A DNA stretch of 64,000 bases from Candidatus Rokuibacteriota bacterium (lineage in GTDB: Bacteria > Methylomirabilota > Methylomirabilia > Rokubacteriales > CSP1-6). The notes under the pieces were generated by a model that saw only the letters and a list, made by a program, of their open reading frames with translations, did not search any database and had not been told where the DNA came from. The translations under genes were made by a program, and so were the position numbers. How positions within the stretch are numbered: the first letter of the stretch is position 1; each line of letters opens with the position of its first letter. Where the stretch lies: positions 11,396-75,395 of the forward strand of contig QHSR01000242.1 in the NCBI GenBank assembly GCA_003221635.1, written 5' to 3'. Below are positions 1 through 9,124 of the stretch, piece after piece.

Positions 1-1
1 G

Positions 2-505
2 ACGATCGTCCGTCTGATCCGCGGGCTCGCCGAGTACGAGCGGCTGGCGCACGAGATGGAGGCCACCGCCGGGCAGATCCGCCGCCACGGCTTCGGGGGG
101 CGGCCCTACTTCGAGGCCCTCATCTGCCGGCGGGGCCGCGCCGCCGTCGGCTTCGCCCTCTACTTCTTCACGTACTCGACGTTTATGGGACGTCCGACGC
201 TCTACCTCGAGGATCTCTTCGTCCTGCCCGAAGAGCGCGGGCGGGGCGCCGGCCGGGCGCTGCTCACCGAGCTGGCGCGGATCGCCCTGCGGCGCGGGTG
301 CGGCCGAATGGAATGGATGGTACTCGACTGGAACACGCCGTCGATCCGGTTCTACCGGGGGCTCGGGGCGACGCTCCGCAAGGAGTGGATCCTCACCCGT
401 CTCACCGGCGCGCCGCTCAGCCGGCTCGCGCGTCGGCGCCCGCTTCGCCAGGCGGTGACCACGACGGCGGGCCGAGGCGGCGCCGGCCGTCGCTCGCGAG
501 CCTGA
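2..505 (+). CDS. GNAT family N-acetyltransferase (5' end cut by window edge)
   Basis: The frame is open from base 2 (TIVRLIRGLAEYERLAHEM...) into track ORF 56..505. It carries the acetyl-CoA-binding block LEDLFVLPEERGRGAGRALL typical of GNAT. Confidence 0.8.
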   Translation, partial: TIVRLIRGLAEYERLAHEMEATAGQIRRHGFGGRPYFEALICRRGRAAVGFALYFFTYSTFMGRPTLYLEDLFVLPEERGRGAGRALLTELARIALRRGCGRMEWMVLDWNTPSIRFYRGLGATLRKEWILTRLTGAPLSRLARRRPLRQAVTTTAGRGGAGRRSRA

Positions 506-1928
506 CCGAGGGATGATCCCCGGAGTCGAACTTCCGGTCCCAGAGCTTGCACGTCACCTGCTTGTGGCGCTGGTCGAGCCCCTCGCAGTAATTGGTGAAC
601 TCGCAGCGCCGCACGAGATCGCCGTAGCCGAGCCGGATCTTCCTGAACCAGTCGGGGTCGGCGAGGGTCTGGCGCGCGGCGGCCACGCAGTCGGCCTCGC
701 CGCGCTCGAGGATGCCTTCCGCCTGTTCGAAGGTGGCGATGCCGCCGCTGGTGACGAGCGGTGTTTGGAATCCGGCGTCCCGGATCGCGTGGCGAATCGC
801 CGCGGCGAGCGGCACGTTTCGGCCGAACGGGCCGCGGTGGTCCGAGAGGACCGTGGGCATGCACTCGTAGCCTGACGCGCCGGTGTAGGGGTACACGGCT
901 TCGCCGATCTTCGGCTGCTTGGCATCCTCGAACCGGCCGCCCTTGGAGACCGACAGGTAGTCCACGCCCGCCGCGGCGAACCGGACACCGAACCAGATCG
1001 CGTCGTCGAGGTCGCTCCCGCCGTCGACCACCTCGTCGCCCAGATACCGGATGCCGACGACGTAGTCGTCGCCCACGCGTGCCCGGACCGCCTCCAGCGC
1101 TTCGAGCGGCAGCCGGACCCGGTTCTCGCGCGAGCCGCCGTAGCCGTCGGCCCGGGAGTTCAGGCGTGAGAGGAACGACGCCATCGTGTAGGCGTGGGCG
1201 TAATGCAGCTCGACGCCGTCGAAACCCGCCGCGCGGGCGCGGCCCGCGGCCTCGGCGAAGAAGCCGGGGAGCACCCGCGGCAGCTCACGGATGTGGGGCA
1301 GGTGCATGTCCCAGACCCGTTCCCGGTATCCATAGTCGAGCGCCTCGAGCTCGCGATCGGTCAGCACGGTCTCGATCGTCACGCGGTCGGCGGCGGCGAG
1401 GAACTCGCGCACGTCGGTCTCCGGCGCCTCGCGCCAGCGCGGGTCGTCGAGCCAGAGGGCGAGCTGGCCCCGCAACGAGTCGGTGATCTCGAGATACCGA
1501 GCGAAGAATCGCTCGGGCTCGGGGCGTCGCCGCACCGTGACGAAGTCGAGGATCTGGATGAAGAGCCGCGTCCGGCCCCGGCTCCGCTCCCGGACCGTCT
1601 CGACGAGCGCCCGGAGTCCGGGAATGAACCGGTCATCGCCGATTCGCAGCAGGGGGCCGCTCGCGATGTCGCGGATGCCGGTGGCCTCCACGACGAGGAC
1701 GCCAGGCTGGCCCTCGGCGAATCGAGCGTACCATTCGAGGACCTCCGAGGTGACGAACCCGTCGTCGGTCGCCCGCCACGGCACCATCGCCGGGACCCAC
1801 GTCCGCTCCGCGGCGGTCAGCTGCCGGCCGATCCGGATTGGCGAGAACCACCGGGCGCGCCCGGCCGCCTCGCGCGTCGGCCAGCTGGCCAGCGGCAGGG
1901 GATGACGGACCCGATGCGGCGAGGTCAT
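417..1928 (-). CDS. Old Yellow Enzyme-family NADH:flavin oxidoreductase (2,4-dienoyl-CoA reductase-like)
   Basis: 503-aa ORF with OYE TIM-barrel blocks (VLVVEATGI, GFDGVELHYAHAYTMASFLS, TSGGI). C-terminal Cys cluster CEFTNYCEGLDQRHKQVTC. The 3' end overlaps the convergent GNAT gene by about 89 nt. Confidence 0.8.
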   Translation of the reverse strand: MTSPHRVRHPLPLASWPTREAAGRARWFSPIRIGRQLTAAERTWVPAMVPWRATDDGFVTSEVLEWYARFAEGQPGVLVVEATGIRDIASGPLLRIGDDRFIPGLRALVETVRERSRGRTRLFIQILDFVTVRRRPEPERFFARYLEITDSLRGQLALWLDDPRWREAPETDVREFLAAADRVTIETVLTDRELEALDYGYRERVWDMHLPHIRELPRVLPGFFAEAAGRARAAGFDGVELHYAHAYTMASFLSRLNSRADGYGGSRENRVRLPLEALEAVRARVGDDYVVGIRYLGDEVVDGGSDLDDAIWFGVRFAAAGVDYLSVSKGGRFEDAKQPKIGEAVYPYTGASGYECMPTVLSDHRGPFGRNVPLAAAIRHAIRDAGFQTPLVTSGGIATFEQAEGILERGEADCVAAARQTLADPDWFRKIRLGYGDLVRRCEFTNYCEGLDQRHKQVTCKLWDRKFDSGDHPSVRLASDGRRRLGPPSWSPPGEAGADARAG

Positions 1929-1932
1929 CGCC

Positions 1933-2349
1933 TCACTCGGGGAGGCAGGCGAACCCGTCGACCTCGATCAGGCAGCCCTCCGCGGCGTCGTAGAGGTCTC
2001 GCACGCCGACGAGCGTCATCGCGGGAAAGTGCTTGCCGAAGTACTCGCGGTAGACGACGCCGATCGGCTCGCCCTGCCGCTTGAACTCGCCGGCGTCGAG
2101 GACGTAGATGGTGAGCTTCGCGACGTCGGTGAGCCGGCCCCCCGCGGCGGTGACGAGAGTCTTCAAGTTCTCGCACACCCGTCGGAACTGGGCGACCAGG
2201 TCGCCCTTGCCGACGACGCGGCCGTCGCGGTCCTTCGCGACCTGACCGGCGAGGAACAGCATGCGACCGCCGCGGGTCTCGGCGGCGTGGGAGAAGCCGA
2301 CGGGCTTCATGAGCGACGGCGGATTGTGGAGCTCGATCTGGCGGGTCAT
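1933..2349 (-). CDS. RidA/YjgF-family protein
   Basis: 138-aa ORF of typical RidA length with RidA-like blocks (FLAGQVA...DG, NLKTLVTAAGG, DVAKLTIYV). Confidence 0.85.
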   Translation of the reverse strand: MTRQIELHNPPSLMKPVGFSHAAETRGGRMLFLAGQVAKDRDGRVVGKGDLVAQFRRVCENLKTLVTAAGGRLTDVAKLTIYVLDAGEFKRQGEPIGVVYREYFGKHFPAMTLVGVRDLYDAAEGCLIEVDGFACLPE

Positions 2350-2427
2350 CCGCGCCTCCTCAATTCATGTCCTCGCCTCGGCCGGCGGGGCCCCAGCGCC
2401 GCGCCGGCCTGCGGCGCGCACGCCTAC

Positions 2428-3195
2428 TCAGGACTGTGTGCCGTCCAGCACGATCGTCTCCCCGTTCGTCGTGTCGTCGTGGACCAGCTTGGCCGCCACC
2501 GCCGCGATCTCGGCCGGGTCGATGAGCCGGCCGCCGGGGTTCATGCGCGCCATCGCCGCAACGGCTTCCTCGACCGACGTGCCCGTCCTGGCCGCGATGT
2601 TCCGCGCGCTGTTCCACACGAGGTCCGTCGCCGCGAATCCGGGGCAGATGGCGTTGACGGTGACGCCCTTGCCCGAGATCTCGGCGGCGAGCGCCCTGGT
2701 GAGGCCGACGAGCGCGTGCTTGGAGGCGGTGTACGCGCTCACGTACGCGGCCCCGTGGAGCCCGGCGAGCGAGGCGATGTTGATCACGCGTCCCCAGCGG
2801 CGCTCGAGCATCGCGGGCAGGACGGCGCGCGTGAGCAAATAGGGCCCGGTCGCGTTGACGCGCAGGTGACGGTCCCAGAGGGCCGGCTCGGTCTTCGCGA
2901 TGGGCGCCGACTCGGCGATCCCCGCGTTGTTGACGAGGACGTCGATCGCGCCGAGCGTGGCGCGGACATCGTCGATCGCCCGCGTGATGGCGTCGGCGTC
3001 GCTCACGTCCAGCACGAGCGCCATCGCCTGCACGCCGAGCCCGCGGAGGGCATCGGCGGTCGCCTCCACCTGATCGGACGATCGCGCACCGACCGCGACG
3101 TGACAGCCTTCGCGGGCCAGCGCGAGCGCGATTTCTCGACCGATGCCGCGACCGCCGCCGGTGACAAGGGCGATCCGCGCCACCGGTGCGTTCAC
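2428..3195 (-). CDS. Short-chain dehydrogenase/reductase (FabG-like)
   Basis: Rossmann motif TGGGRGIGREIA, NNAG, and the catalytic YxxxK (YTASK). Confidence 0.9.
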   Translation of the reverse strand: MNAPVARIALVTGGGRGIGREIALALAREGCHVAVGARSSDQVEATADALRGLGVQAMALVLDVSDADAITRAIDDVRATLGAIDVLVNNAGIAESAPIAKTEPALWDRHLRVNATGPYLLTRAVLPAMLERRWGRVINIASLAGLHGAAYVSAYTASKHALVGLTRALAAEISGKGVTVNAICPGFAATDLVWNSARNIAARTGTSVEEAVAAMARMNPGGRLIDPAEIAAVAAKLVHDDTTNGETIVLDGTQS

Positions 3196-3383
3196 GGGCT
3201 CTCCACGCAGAACAAGAAGATGAGCGGGCGGCTGGTCGATCGATCGTCACGCGCAGGGTCAGACAGGCAGCGCACGCGCGGCGAGCTGCTGCTCTGGGAG
3301 CCTCCGTCCGGCGGCGCCGTCGCGCACCCGGCGAGGATCGCGAGCCAGACCAGCAGCACGATCGAGCGCCGGGACCAATTCAT
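3192..3383 (-). CDS. Small predicted lipoprotein, unknown function
   Basis: 63-aa ORF with signal peptide plus lipobox (LLVWLAILAG|C) and high GC3. It overlaps the SDR start by 4 nt. An AT-rich divergent promoter-like stretch (gtatatatag) lies upstream. Confidence 0.45.
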   Translation of the reverse strand: MNWSRRSIVLLVWLAILAGCATAPPDGGSQSSSSPRVRCLSDPARDDRSTSRPLIFLFCVESP

Positions 3384-3428
3384 GCGGCCATTCTATCGTG
3401 GGATCGGGTATATATAGCGTCGCGATTC

Positions 3429-4697
3429 ATGTCGCGCGCGTTCGCCCGGTGCTCGCTCGTGGACGCTGTCGCCCGGCTGCGGCCGGCGATGAAGGTGCTG
3501 CTGCCGCCGGGGTGCGGCGAGCCCGCCGCGCTCGTCGCCGAGATCTGTCGGCAGTCCGAACGGTTACCGGATCTGATGCTGCTGGGCGGCATCCACCTCG
3601 GCGACTATCCCTTCGCGCGGCCCGAACACGCGGCGCTCCGCTTCGCGACGTGGCACATGTCGCCCCGCCTCGACGACGCGCGGCGCCGGGGGCGGGTCGA
3701 ATTCGTGCCGATGCGCTATTTCGATCTCGTCAGCCAGTTCGCCGCTGGCGGCGCGTGGGCGCCGGATTGCGTCCTGGTCCATTGCGCGCCGCCGGACGCG
3801 CGCGGCTATCTGAGCCTCGGCGTCTCCGTCAGCGTGGCGCTGCCGGCGGCCCGCCGCGCCCCGCTCGTGATCGCCCAGGTCAATCCGGCGATGCCGCGCA
3901 CGCTCGGTAATGCCTTTCTCCATCGGAGCCAGATCGATTGCTGGGTCGAGGCGGACGAGCCGCTCACGCCGTATCCGCCTCCACCGATCGGTGAGGTCGA
4001 GCGCGCCATCGGGCGTCACGTCGCCGCCCTGGTGCCCGATGGCGCGACGGTGCAGGTGGGTGTCGGCGCGATCCCGCAGGCCGTGCTGGAAGCGCTCGTG
4101 GACCACCGGGACCTCGCCCTCCACTCGCTCCTGGTCGACGCGTCAGTGACGCTCGTGGAGCGAGGCGCGGTCACCAATGCGCTCAAGCGCGTTCACCGCG
4201 GGCGCATGGACATCGGCGAGGCGATGGGCACGCGTCGGCTGTTCGATTTCCTCCACGAGAACTCCCTCGTGAACATGGAGCCCTCCGGCTTCGTTCACGA
4301 TCCGGAGATCGTGGCGCAGAACGATCGCTTCGTGGCCATCAACTCTGCGCTCGAGGTCGATCTGGGTGGGCAGGTGACCGCGGAGAGCCTGGGGCCGCGC
4401 CAGGTGGCGGGGATCGGCGGCCAGTTCGACTTCGTCCTCGGCGCCTCCCGATCGCACGGGGGCGCCGCCATCATCGCGCTGCCCTCGACGGGACGCGACG
4501 GCAGCGTGTCGCGGATCGTCCCACGTCTCCAGGCGGGCGCGGCGGTGACGAGCCCTCGGGCGCTGGCCGATTGGGTCGTGACCGAGCATGGAGCGGCGCG
4601 GCTGCGGGGACAGGGAGAACGGGGACGGGCCGAGGCGCTCACCGCGGTCGCCCATCCTCGGTTTCAGGAGGAGCTGTTACAGCGTGTTATTTCTTAG
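3429..4697 (+). CDS. Acetyl-CoA hydrolase/transferase family protein (4-hydroxybutyrate CoA-transferase-like)
   Basis: Track ORF 3186..4697. I moved the start to the in-frame ATG at 3429 (MSRAFARCSLVDAVARL...), because the upstream part overlaps the SDR and lipoprotein genes and is Arg-rich. Family resemblance runs throughout (GGQFDF block). Confidence 0.8.
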   Translation: MSRAFARCSLVDAVARLRPAMKVLLPPGCGEPAALVAEICRQSERLPDLMLLGGIHLGDYPFARPEHAALRFATWHMSPRLDDARRRGRVEFVPMRYFDLVSQFAAGGAWAPDCVLVHCAPPDARGYLSLGVSVSVALPAARRAPLVIAQVNPAMPRTLGNAFLHRSQIDCWVEADEPLTPYPPPPIGEVERAIGRHVAALVPDGATVQVGVGAIPQAVLEALVDHRDLALHSLLVDASVTLVERGAVTNALKRVHRGRMDIGEAMGTRRLFDFLHENSLVNMEPSGFVHDPEIVAQNDRFVAINSALEVDLGGQVTAESLGPRQVAGIGGQFDFVLGASRSHGGAAIIALPSTGRDGSVSRIVPRLQAGAAVTSPRALADWVVTEHGAARLRGQGERGRAEALTAVAHPRFQEELLQRVIS

Positions 4698-4857
4698 CGG
4701 CGTCGATCTTCTCGAAGATCTCCTCGTCCGTCGGGAATCGGTAGGTCGTCTCGTTGGTGTAGACGACATCATCGTCGATCGATACCTCGAAGATCCCGCT
4801 GTGGCCTTCCTTGAGGACTGCCGTGATTTTGTATTTGTTCTTGATGGCGGCCTGCAT
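4687..4857 (-). CDS. Small ORF (56 aa) below the track cut-off, resembling the C-terminal half of Rdx/SelW-like proteins
   Basis: My translation: MQAAIKNKYKITAVLKEGHSGIFEVSIDDDVVYTNETTYRFPTDEEIFEKIDAAKK. GGAGGAGG lies 6 nt upstream of the ATG. The ORF sits in a visibly lower-GC patch. The G.FEV..D....RFP pattern is Rdx-like, but there is no CxxC/CxxU half. Confidence 0.5.
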   Translation of the reverse strand: MQAAIKNKYKITAVLKEGHSGIFEVSIDDDVVYTNETTYRFPTDEEIFEKIDAAKK

Positions 4858-4924
4858 CCGCGCCTCCTCCCTGAGAAAGTGGCCTTCATTCTAATATGAT
4901 GCCGGACAACCGTGAGGAGATTCC

Positions 4925-5854
4925 GTGACGCCCACCCTGATCGACACCGACCCCGGAATTGACGACGCCCTCGCCCTGCTCCTCGCATGGAGCTCGCCCG
5001 AGATCCGGGTGGACGCGATCACGACGGTCGCGGGGAACGTACCGCTCGACTCGGCGAGTACGAACGTCCTGCGGCTGCTGGCGCTCCGACGCCCGACGCC
5101 ACGACCGGTCGTGGCCGCGGGGGCGGCGAGCCCCCTGGCTCGGGCCCTGACGACCGCGACCCGCTACCACGGCGAGGACGGGCTCGGCGACCTCCCGGAC
5201 TGGCCCCCGGTCGGGCCGATGGCCGCGTCGCCCGACGCGGTGGGCGTCATCGTCGACGCGGCTCGCCGGTATGGCCGGGAGCTCACGCTCGTGGCCCTCG
5301 GGCCTCTGACGAACCTCGCGCTGGCGCTCAAAGAGGACGCGGCGGCGGTCGCCCGAGTCGGGCGCGTCGTCGCCATGGGCGGCGCGGTCGACGTGCCCGG
5401 CAACGTCACGCCCACGGCCGAGTTCAACATGCACGTGGACCCCGAAGCGGCCCACCGCGTGCTCGCCTCGGGGCTGCCGCTCGAGCTGGTGCCGCTTGAC
5501 GCAACGCGCCAGGCTGTACTTCCGCGCGCCGGAATGCGGGCGGCGCTCGCGCGGTCGCCGGGGACGCTCGCCTCGCGGATCCAGGCGTTCAGCGAGCGCG
5601 CATTCAGGATCTCGCACGCCGATGGATCGCAGGGTATGGCGCTCCACGATCCACTCGCCGTCGCCGTCGCGGTCGATTCGTCGCTCGCCACGTGGGAGGC
5701 GGTGCGTCTCGCCATCGGGCCGGACGGCGAGACATTGCGCGCGAGCGGCGCGCCCAACTGCCGCATCGCGAAGGGCGTGGAGCGCGACCGGTTTCTCCGA
5801 CTGTTCCTCGACCGCCTGTGTCCGGCGACCTCACGGCTCGGCGCGTCCTCGTAG
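4925..5854 (+). CDS. Nucleoside hydrolase (inosine/uridine-preferring family)
   Basis: N-terminal aspartate cluster LIDTDPGIDDALAL. Typical length of 309 aa. Confidence 0.9.
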   Translation: MTPTLIDTDPGIDDALALLLAWSSPEIRVDAITTVAGNVPLDSASTNVLRLLALRRPTPRPVVAAGAASPLARALTTATRYHGEDGLGDLPDWPPVGPMAASPDAVGVIVDAARRYGRELTLVALGPLTNLALALKEDAAAVARVGRVVAMGGAVDVPGNVTPTAEFNMHVDPEAAHRVLASGLPLELVPLDATRQAVLPRAGMRAALARSPGTLASRIQAFSERAFRISHADGSQGMALHDPLAVAVAVDSSLATWEAVRLAIGPDGETLRASGAPNCRIAKGVERDRFLRLFLDRLCPATSRLGASS

Positions 5855-6709
5855 TCGGCTCGGCGAACGTCGACTTCACCGTCGCGGCGCCGCGCCTGCC
5901 GGCTGTCGGCGAGACGGTCAGCGGCGGCACGCTGCTCGTCAACCACGGGGGCAAAGGCGCCAATCAGGCGGTCGCCGCCCGCCGCCTCGGCGCCGACGTG
6001 CGCTTCGTCGGATGCGTGGGTGACGACGGCTCCGGCCGCGAGATCCGCGCGGCGCTCGCGGCCGAGGGGATCGGCGTCGCCGGCGTGGCCATCACGGGCG
6101 AGGCCGCCACGGGGACGGCGCTGATCGTGGTGGACGTCGGTTACAACCCGGCGAACCAGGTCATCGTCGGCGCGGGTCTGCCAGCTCGAGACACCGCCCG
6201 ACACCATCGTGTGGGCGCTCGAGGAAGCGCGGCGGCGGCGCATCGTCACGGTGCTGAACCCGGCCCCGGTCCGCGAGGGCCTCGGCGACGTTTGGCGGTT
6301 CGTGGACTATCTGACGCCGAACGAGCGCGAGGCCGAGCGACTCACCGGCATCGCCGTGCGGGATCTGCGATCCGCCGCCGCCGCCGGCCACGCTCTCCGC
6401 CGGCGCGGGGTGGGCACCGTGATCGTGACGCTCGGCGCCCAGGGGGCGCTCGCGTGCACGGCGCAGGGCGAGATCCCGGCCCCGGCGCGCGCGGTGGCGG
6501 TGGTCGACACGACGGCCGCCGGCGACGCCTTCAACGGCGCGCTTGCCGTCGCGCTCGGCGCGGGCGACCGCGTCGAGGACGCGCTTCGATTCGCCAACGC
6601 GGCCGCGGCCCTCGCGTGCACGCGCCGCGGCGCCCAGCCCTCGCTGCCGACCCGTGCCGAGGTGGACCGTCTGCTGGGAGCGACCGAGCGGAACGACGTG
6701 TCCGACTGA
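5818..6709 (+). pseudogene. rbsK: Ribokinase, disrupted (about 22 aa missing and a frameshift near 6176)
   Basis: The N-terminal part is in frame 1 (VLVVGSANVDF, GGKGANQAVA...TALIVVD). The C-terminal part is in frame 2 (CQLETPPDTIVWALEEA...NPAP...TPNEREAE...DTTAAGDAFNGAL). The junction is a 49-bp copy of the neighbouring GH3 gene. The GAN-containing segment expected from E. coli RbsK is absent. Confidence 0.75.
6127..6175. repeat. Arm 1 of a perfect 49-bp inverted repeat (partner 7321..7369)
   Basis: gtggtggacgtcggttacaacccggcgaaccaggtcatcgtcggcgcgg is the exact reverse complement of 7321..7369. I checked this base by base and against the ORF frames. Confidence 0.95.
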
Positions 6710-6736
6710 CAGAACGTTCGCGAATCGTTCGCCTGC

Positions 6737-7846
6737 TCAGGGCAGGCGCGCCCGCAGCGCGCGTACGCGCTCGATGGCCGACTCGATCCGCGCCGGGTCG
6801 ACTGTCCCCTTCGCGACCGCCTCGCGGATCGCCGCGAGCGCCACCTGCGCGGCCGAGCGGCCGTCGGGAAGTCGGTCGTCGACGATGAGCAGCACGTCCA
6901 CCCCCGCGTCGAGGGCGAGCACCGCCGCTTCGCCGATCCCGTATTGCTGCTCGATCGCGCCCATCCGGAGATCGTCGCTGAGCACCGGCCCCTTGAAGCC
7001 GAGATCGCCGCGGAGGAGCCCGGAGATCGTCGCGCGCGAGAGCGTCGCCGGGCGCTGATCGTCGAGCCGTCGGTTGACGACGTGCGCCGTCATCACGCTG
7101 TCGGCGAATCCCTCACCGATCAGCGCGCGATAGGGCGCCAGCTCCAGCTCCGGTGCGGCGGTCGCGGTGACGTCGGTGAAGCCGCGATGAGAGTCGTCGA
7201 AGCTCGAGCCGTGGCCCGGGAAGTGCTTCAGCGCGGTCAGGACGCCCTCGGCCCGCAGCCCCTGGACGAACGCGCGCGCGTGCTCGGTGACCAGCTGCGG
7301 GTTCGCGCTGAAGCTCCGCGCCGCGCCGACGATGACCTGGTTCGCCGGGTTGTAACCGACGTCCACCACCGGCGCCAGGTTCCAGTTGATTCCCACCGCG
7401 CGCAGCATCGTCCCGATGCGACGCGCCTCCAGCTCGGTCAGCACGAAGTCGTTCGTCTCACCCAGCTCCTGCGCCGAGAACGTCGCCGGCCAGCCGTCGC
7501 GCGGGGCCAGGCGCATGACGTTGCCGCCTTCGGCGTCGGCGGCGACGAGAAGCTTGCGACCCGTGCACGCGGCCGCCCGCTGGATGAGCGCGCCCGTGAG
7601 CCGCGCGAGCTGGTCGGCGTCCACGATGTTGTGGGACAGGAGCACCGTGCCGCCGACCCGCGCCTCGCAGAGGAGCGCTTCCACGTCTGCATTCCCGGCA
7701 GCGTCCGTGCCACGAAAGCCCACCAGGAGCAGCGAGCCCAGCTCGGGCTCGAGGGCCGCGAGACGTTCGCGAGACGGGGCCATCGCGGCGCCGCAGCCGG
7801 CGGCGAGGAGGACACCCAGGAGACTAGCGGTGACGAGCCGCGGCAA
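6737..7846 (-). CDS. Glycoside hydrolase family 3 (beta-N-acetylhexosaminidase/NagZ-like) lipoprotein
   Basis: GH3 blocks APVVDV...NP.N.VI...RSF and KHFPGHG. Start placed at the in-frame TTG at 7846, which gives MPRLVTASLLGVLLAAG|C. The ATG at AAMAPS is an alternative start. The upstream part of the track ORF overlaps btpA. Confidence 0.85.
   Translation of the reverse strand: MPRLVTASLLGVLLAAGCGAAMAPSRERLAALEPELGSLLLVGFRGTDAAGNADVEALLCEARVGGTVLLSHNIVDADQLARLTGALIQRAAACTGRKLLVAADAEGGNVMRLAPRDGWPATFSAQELGETNDFVLTELEARRIGTMLRAVGINWNLAPVVDVGYNPANQVIVGAARSFSANPQLVTEHARAFVQGLRAEGVLTALKHFPGHGSSFDDSHRGFTDVTATAAPELELAPYRALIGEGFADSVMTAHVVNRRLDDQRPATLSRATISGLLRGDLGFKGPVLSDDLRMGAIEQQYGIGEAAVLALDAGVDVLLIVDDRLPDGRSAAQVALAAIREAVAKGTVDPARIESAIERVRALRARLP
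7321..7369. repeat. Arm 2 of the perfect 49-bp inverted repeat (partner 6127..6175)
   Basis: Lies inside the GH3 gene. It encodes VVDVGYNPANQVIVGA in the same reading frame as the copy in rbsK. Confidence 0.95.
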
Positions 7847-8606
7847 CCAGCTTCTCCACGCGCGCGCGATCGACCGGTTGCTCGACGTCGCCGTGGCGCT
7901 TGACCGATGTTCCGACGATGAGCCCGTCGGCGACCGACAGGAGCTCCGCGGCGGTCTCGGCGGTGACACCGCTGCCGACCAGGAGCGGGACGGCGGGAAC
8001 GGCGCTCCGCACGCGCTTGACCTCCGCGAGCGGCGTCGCCTGGCCCGTGGCCGGGCCGGAGACGACCAGCGCGTCGGCGAGACCCCGGTGCACGAGGTCC
8101 CGCGCCGTCTGCTCGACCTCGACCGGGGCCAGGGGCACGGCGTGCTTGCCCCCGACGTCGGCGAAGATCGCGACCGCGATGCCGAGCAGCCGCCGGTCGC
8201 GGAGCGTCCCGTAGGCGTCGGACTGGACGATCCCCTGGTCGGCGAGGACCGCGCCCGCGTGGACATTGACGCGGATGAACTCGGCGCCGACGGCCGCGGC
8301 GACGGCCAGCGCCGCGCGCGCGTCGTTCTTCAGCACGTTCACGCCGAGTGGCACCCCGGGGAGCGCGCGGCGCACCTCCGCGGCGACCACGCTCATGGCC
8401 GCGACGGTGGCGGGCTCGACGCGGCCCGGCGTGAAGGGCGCGTCGCCGAAGTTCTCGACGAGGAGGGCGTCGGCGCCGCCCTCGATCAGCGCGCGGGCGT
8501 CGGCCAGCGCGGACGCGACGACCCGCGCCATCGCGCCGTCCCACCGCGGACTGCCGGGCAGGGGCGGGAGGTGGACCATGCCGATGATCGTGCGCTCGAG
8601 TCGCAT
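7824..8606 (-). CDS. BtpA/SgcQ-family TIM-barrel protein
   Basis: 260-aa ORF. Family-like blocks: IGMVHLPPLPGSP N-terminus, VENFGD, GVNVL, VSG..TG, VGSGV. Confidence 0.8.
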   Translation of the reverse strand: MRLERTIIGMVHLPPLPGSPRWDGAMARVVASALADARALIEGGADALLVENFGDAPFTPGRVEPATVAAMSVVAAEVRRALPGVPLGVNVLKNDARAALAVAAAVGAEFIRVNVHAGAVLADQGIVQSDAYGTLRDRRLLGIAVAIFADVGGKHAVPLAPVEVEQTARDLVHRGLADALVVSGPATGQATPLAEVKRVRSAVPAVPLLVGSGVTAETAAELLSVADGLIVGTSVKRHGDVEQPVDRARVEKLVAAARHR

Positions 8607-8629
8607 CAGCGGTAGCCTAGCACGACATC

Positions 8630-9124
8630 ATGAGGGTCGAGCTTCGCCAGGCGCGCGAGCACGAGGTCCCGGTGTTGCGACGTCTCATGCAGCTCTACCT
8701 CTACGACTTCGCCGCCATCGACGACTGGGCCATCGGGGAGGACGGTCTCTACGGCAATGCCGCGACGATCGAGAGCTTCTGGAACGACCCGAGGATGACG
8801 TCGTTCTTCGTGCGGGTGGACGGCGCCCTCGCGGGCTTCGTGCTGGTCCGCGACGGCGCCCACTTCGCGGGCGAGGGAACGCGGGACATCAGCGAGTTCT
8901 TCATCCTGCGGCGCCACCGGCGGCGCGGTGTCGGCACCGAGACCGCCCGGCGTGTGTTCGACAAGTTCCGGGGCAAATGGGAGGTCACCCAGCTCACGAG
9001 CAACGTCGAGGCCCAGGCCTTCTGGCGACGGGTGATCGGGAGCTACACCGGCGGTCGCTACGACGAGCAGCCGCGTCCCGACGGCAAGGGCGTGATGCAG
9101 CGTTTCGACAACGCGCGCCCCTGA
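8630..9124 (+). CDS. GNAT family N-acetyltransferase
   Basis: 164-aa ORF with the acetyl-CoA block FFILRRHRRRGVGTETARRVF. Confidence 0.8.
   Translation: MRVELRQAREHEVPVLRRLMQLYLYDFAAIDDWAIGEDGLYGNAATIESFWNDPRMTSFFVRVDGALAGFVLVRDGAHFAGEGTRDISEFFILRRHRRRGVGTETARRVFDKFRGKWEVTQLTSNVEAQAFWRRVIGSYTGGRYDEQPRPDGKGVMQRFDNARP

Noticed and set aside
761-1486. Long alternative-frame and antisense ORFs throughout the track, for example 761..1486, 2029..3417, 7438..8544, 9261..11522, 10003..11619, 24552..25508, 37062..38033, 62078..63946 and the first 380 codons of 59805..62285.
   Set aside because: Their translations are dominated by Arg/Pro/Gly/Ala. They fully overlap ORFs with clear family signatures on the other strand or frame. 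Stop codons are rare in such GC-rich DNA, so ORF length alone is not evidence of coding.
4858-4930. Selenocysteine (TGA) recoded N-terminal extension that would restore the CxxU half of the Rdx-like mini-ORF.
   Set aside because: Careful in-frame reading upstream of the ATG at 4857 reaches a TAG 12 codons upstream. There is no in-frame TGA and no CxxC/U-like sequence. The TGA I first saw is in another frame.
6176-7320. Programmed invertible DNA switch bounded by the 49-bp inverted repeats.
   Set aside because: No recombinase or invertase gene is nearby. The inverted isomer would only create a ribokinase-N/GH3-C chimera and a frame-broken GH3-N/ribokinase-C fusion. A template-switch scar or mis-assembly is more economical.
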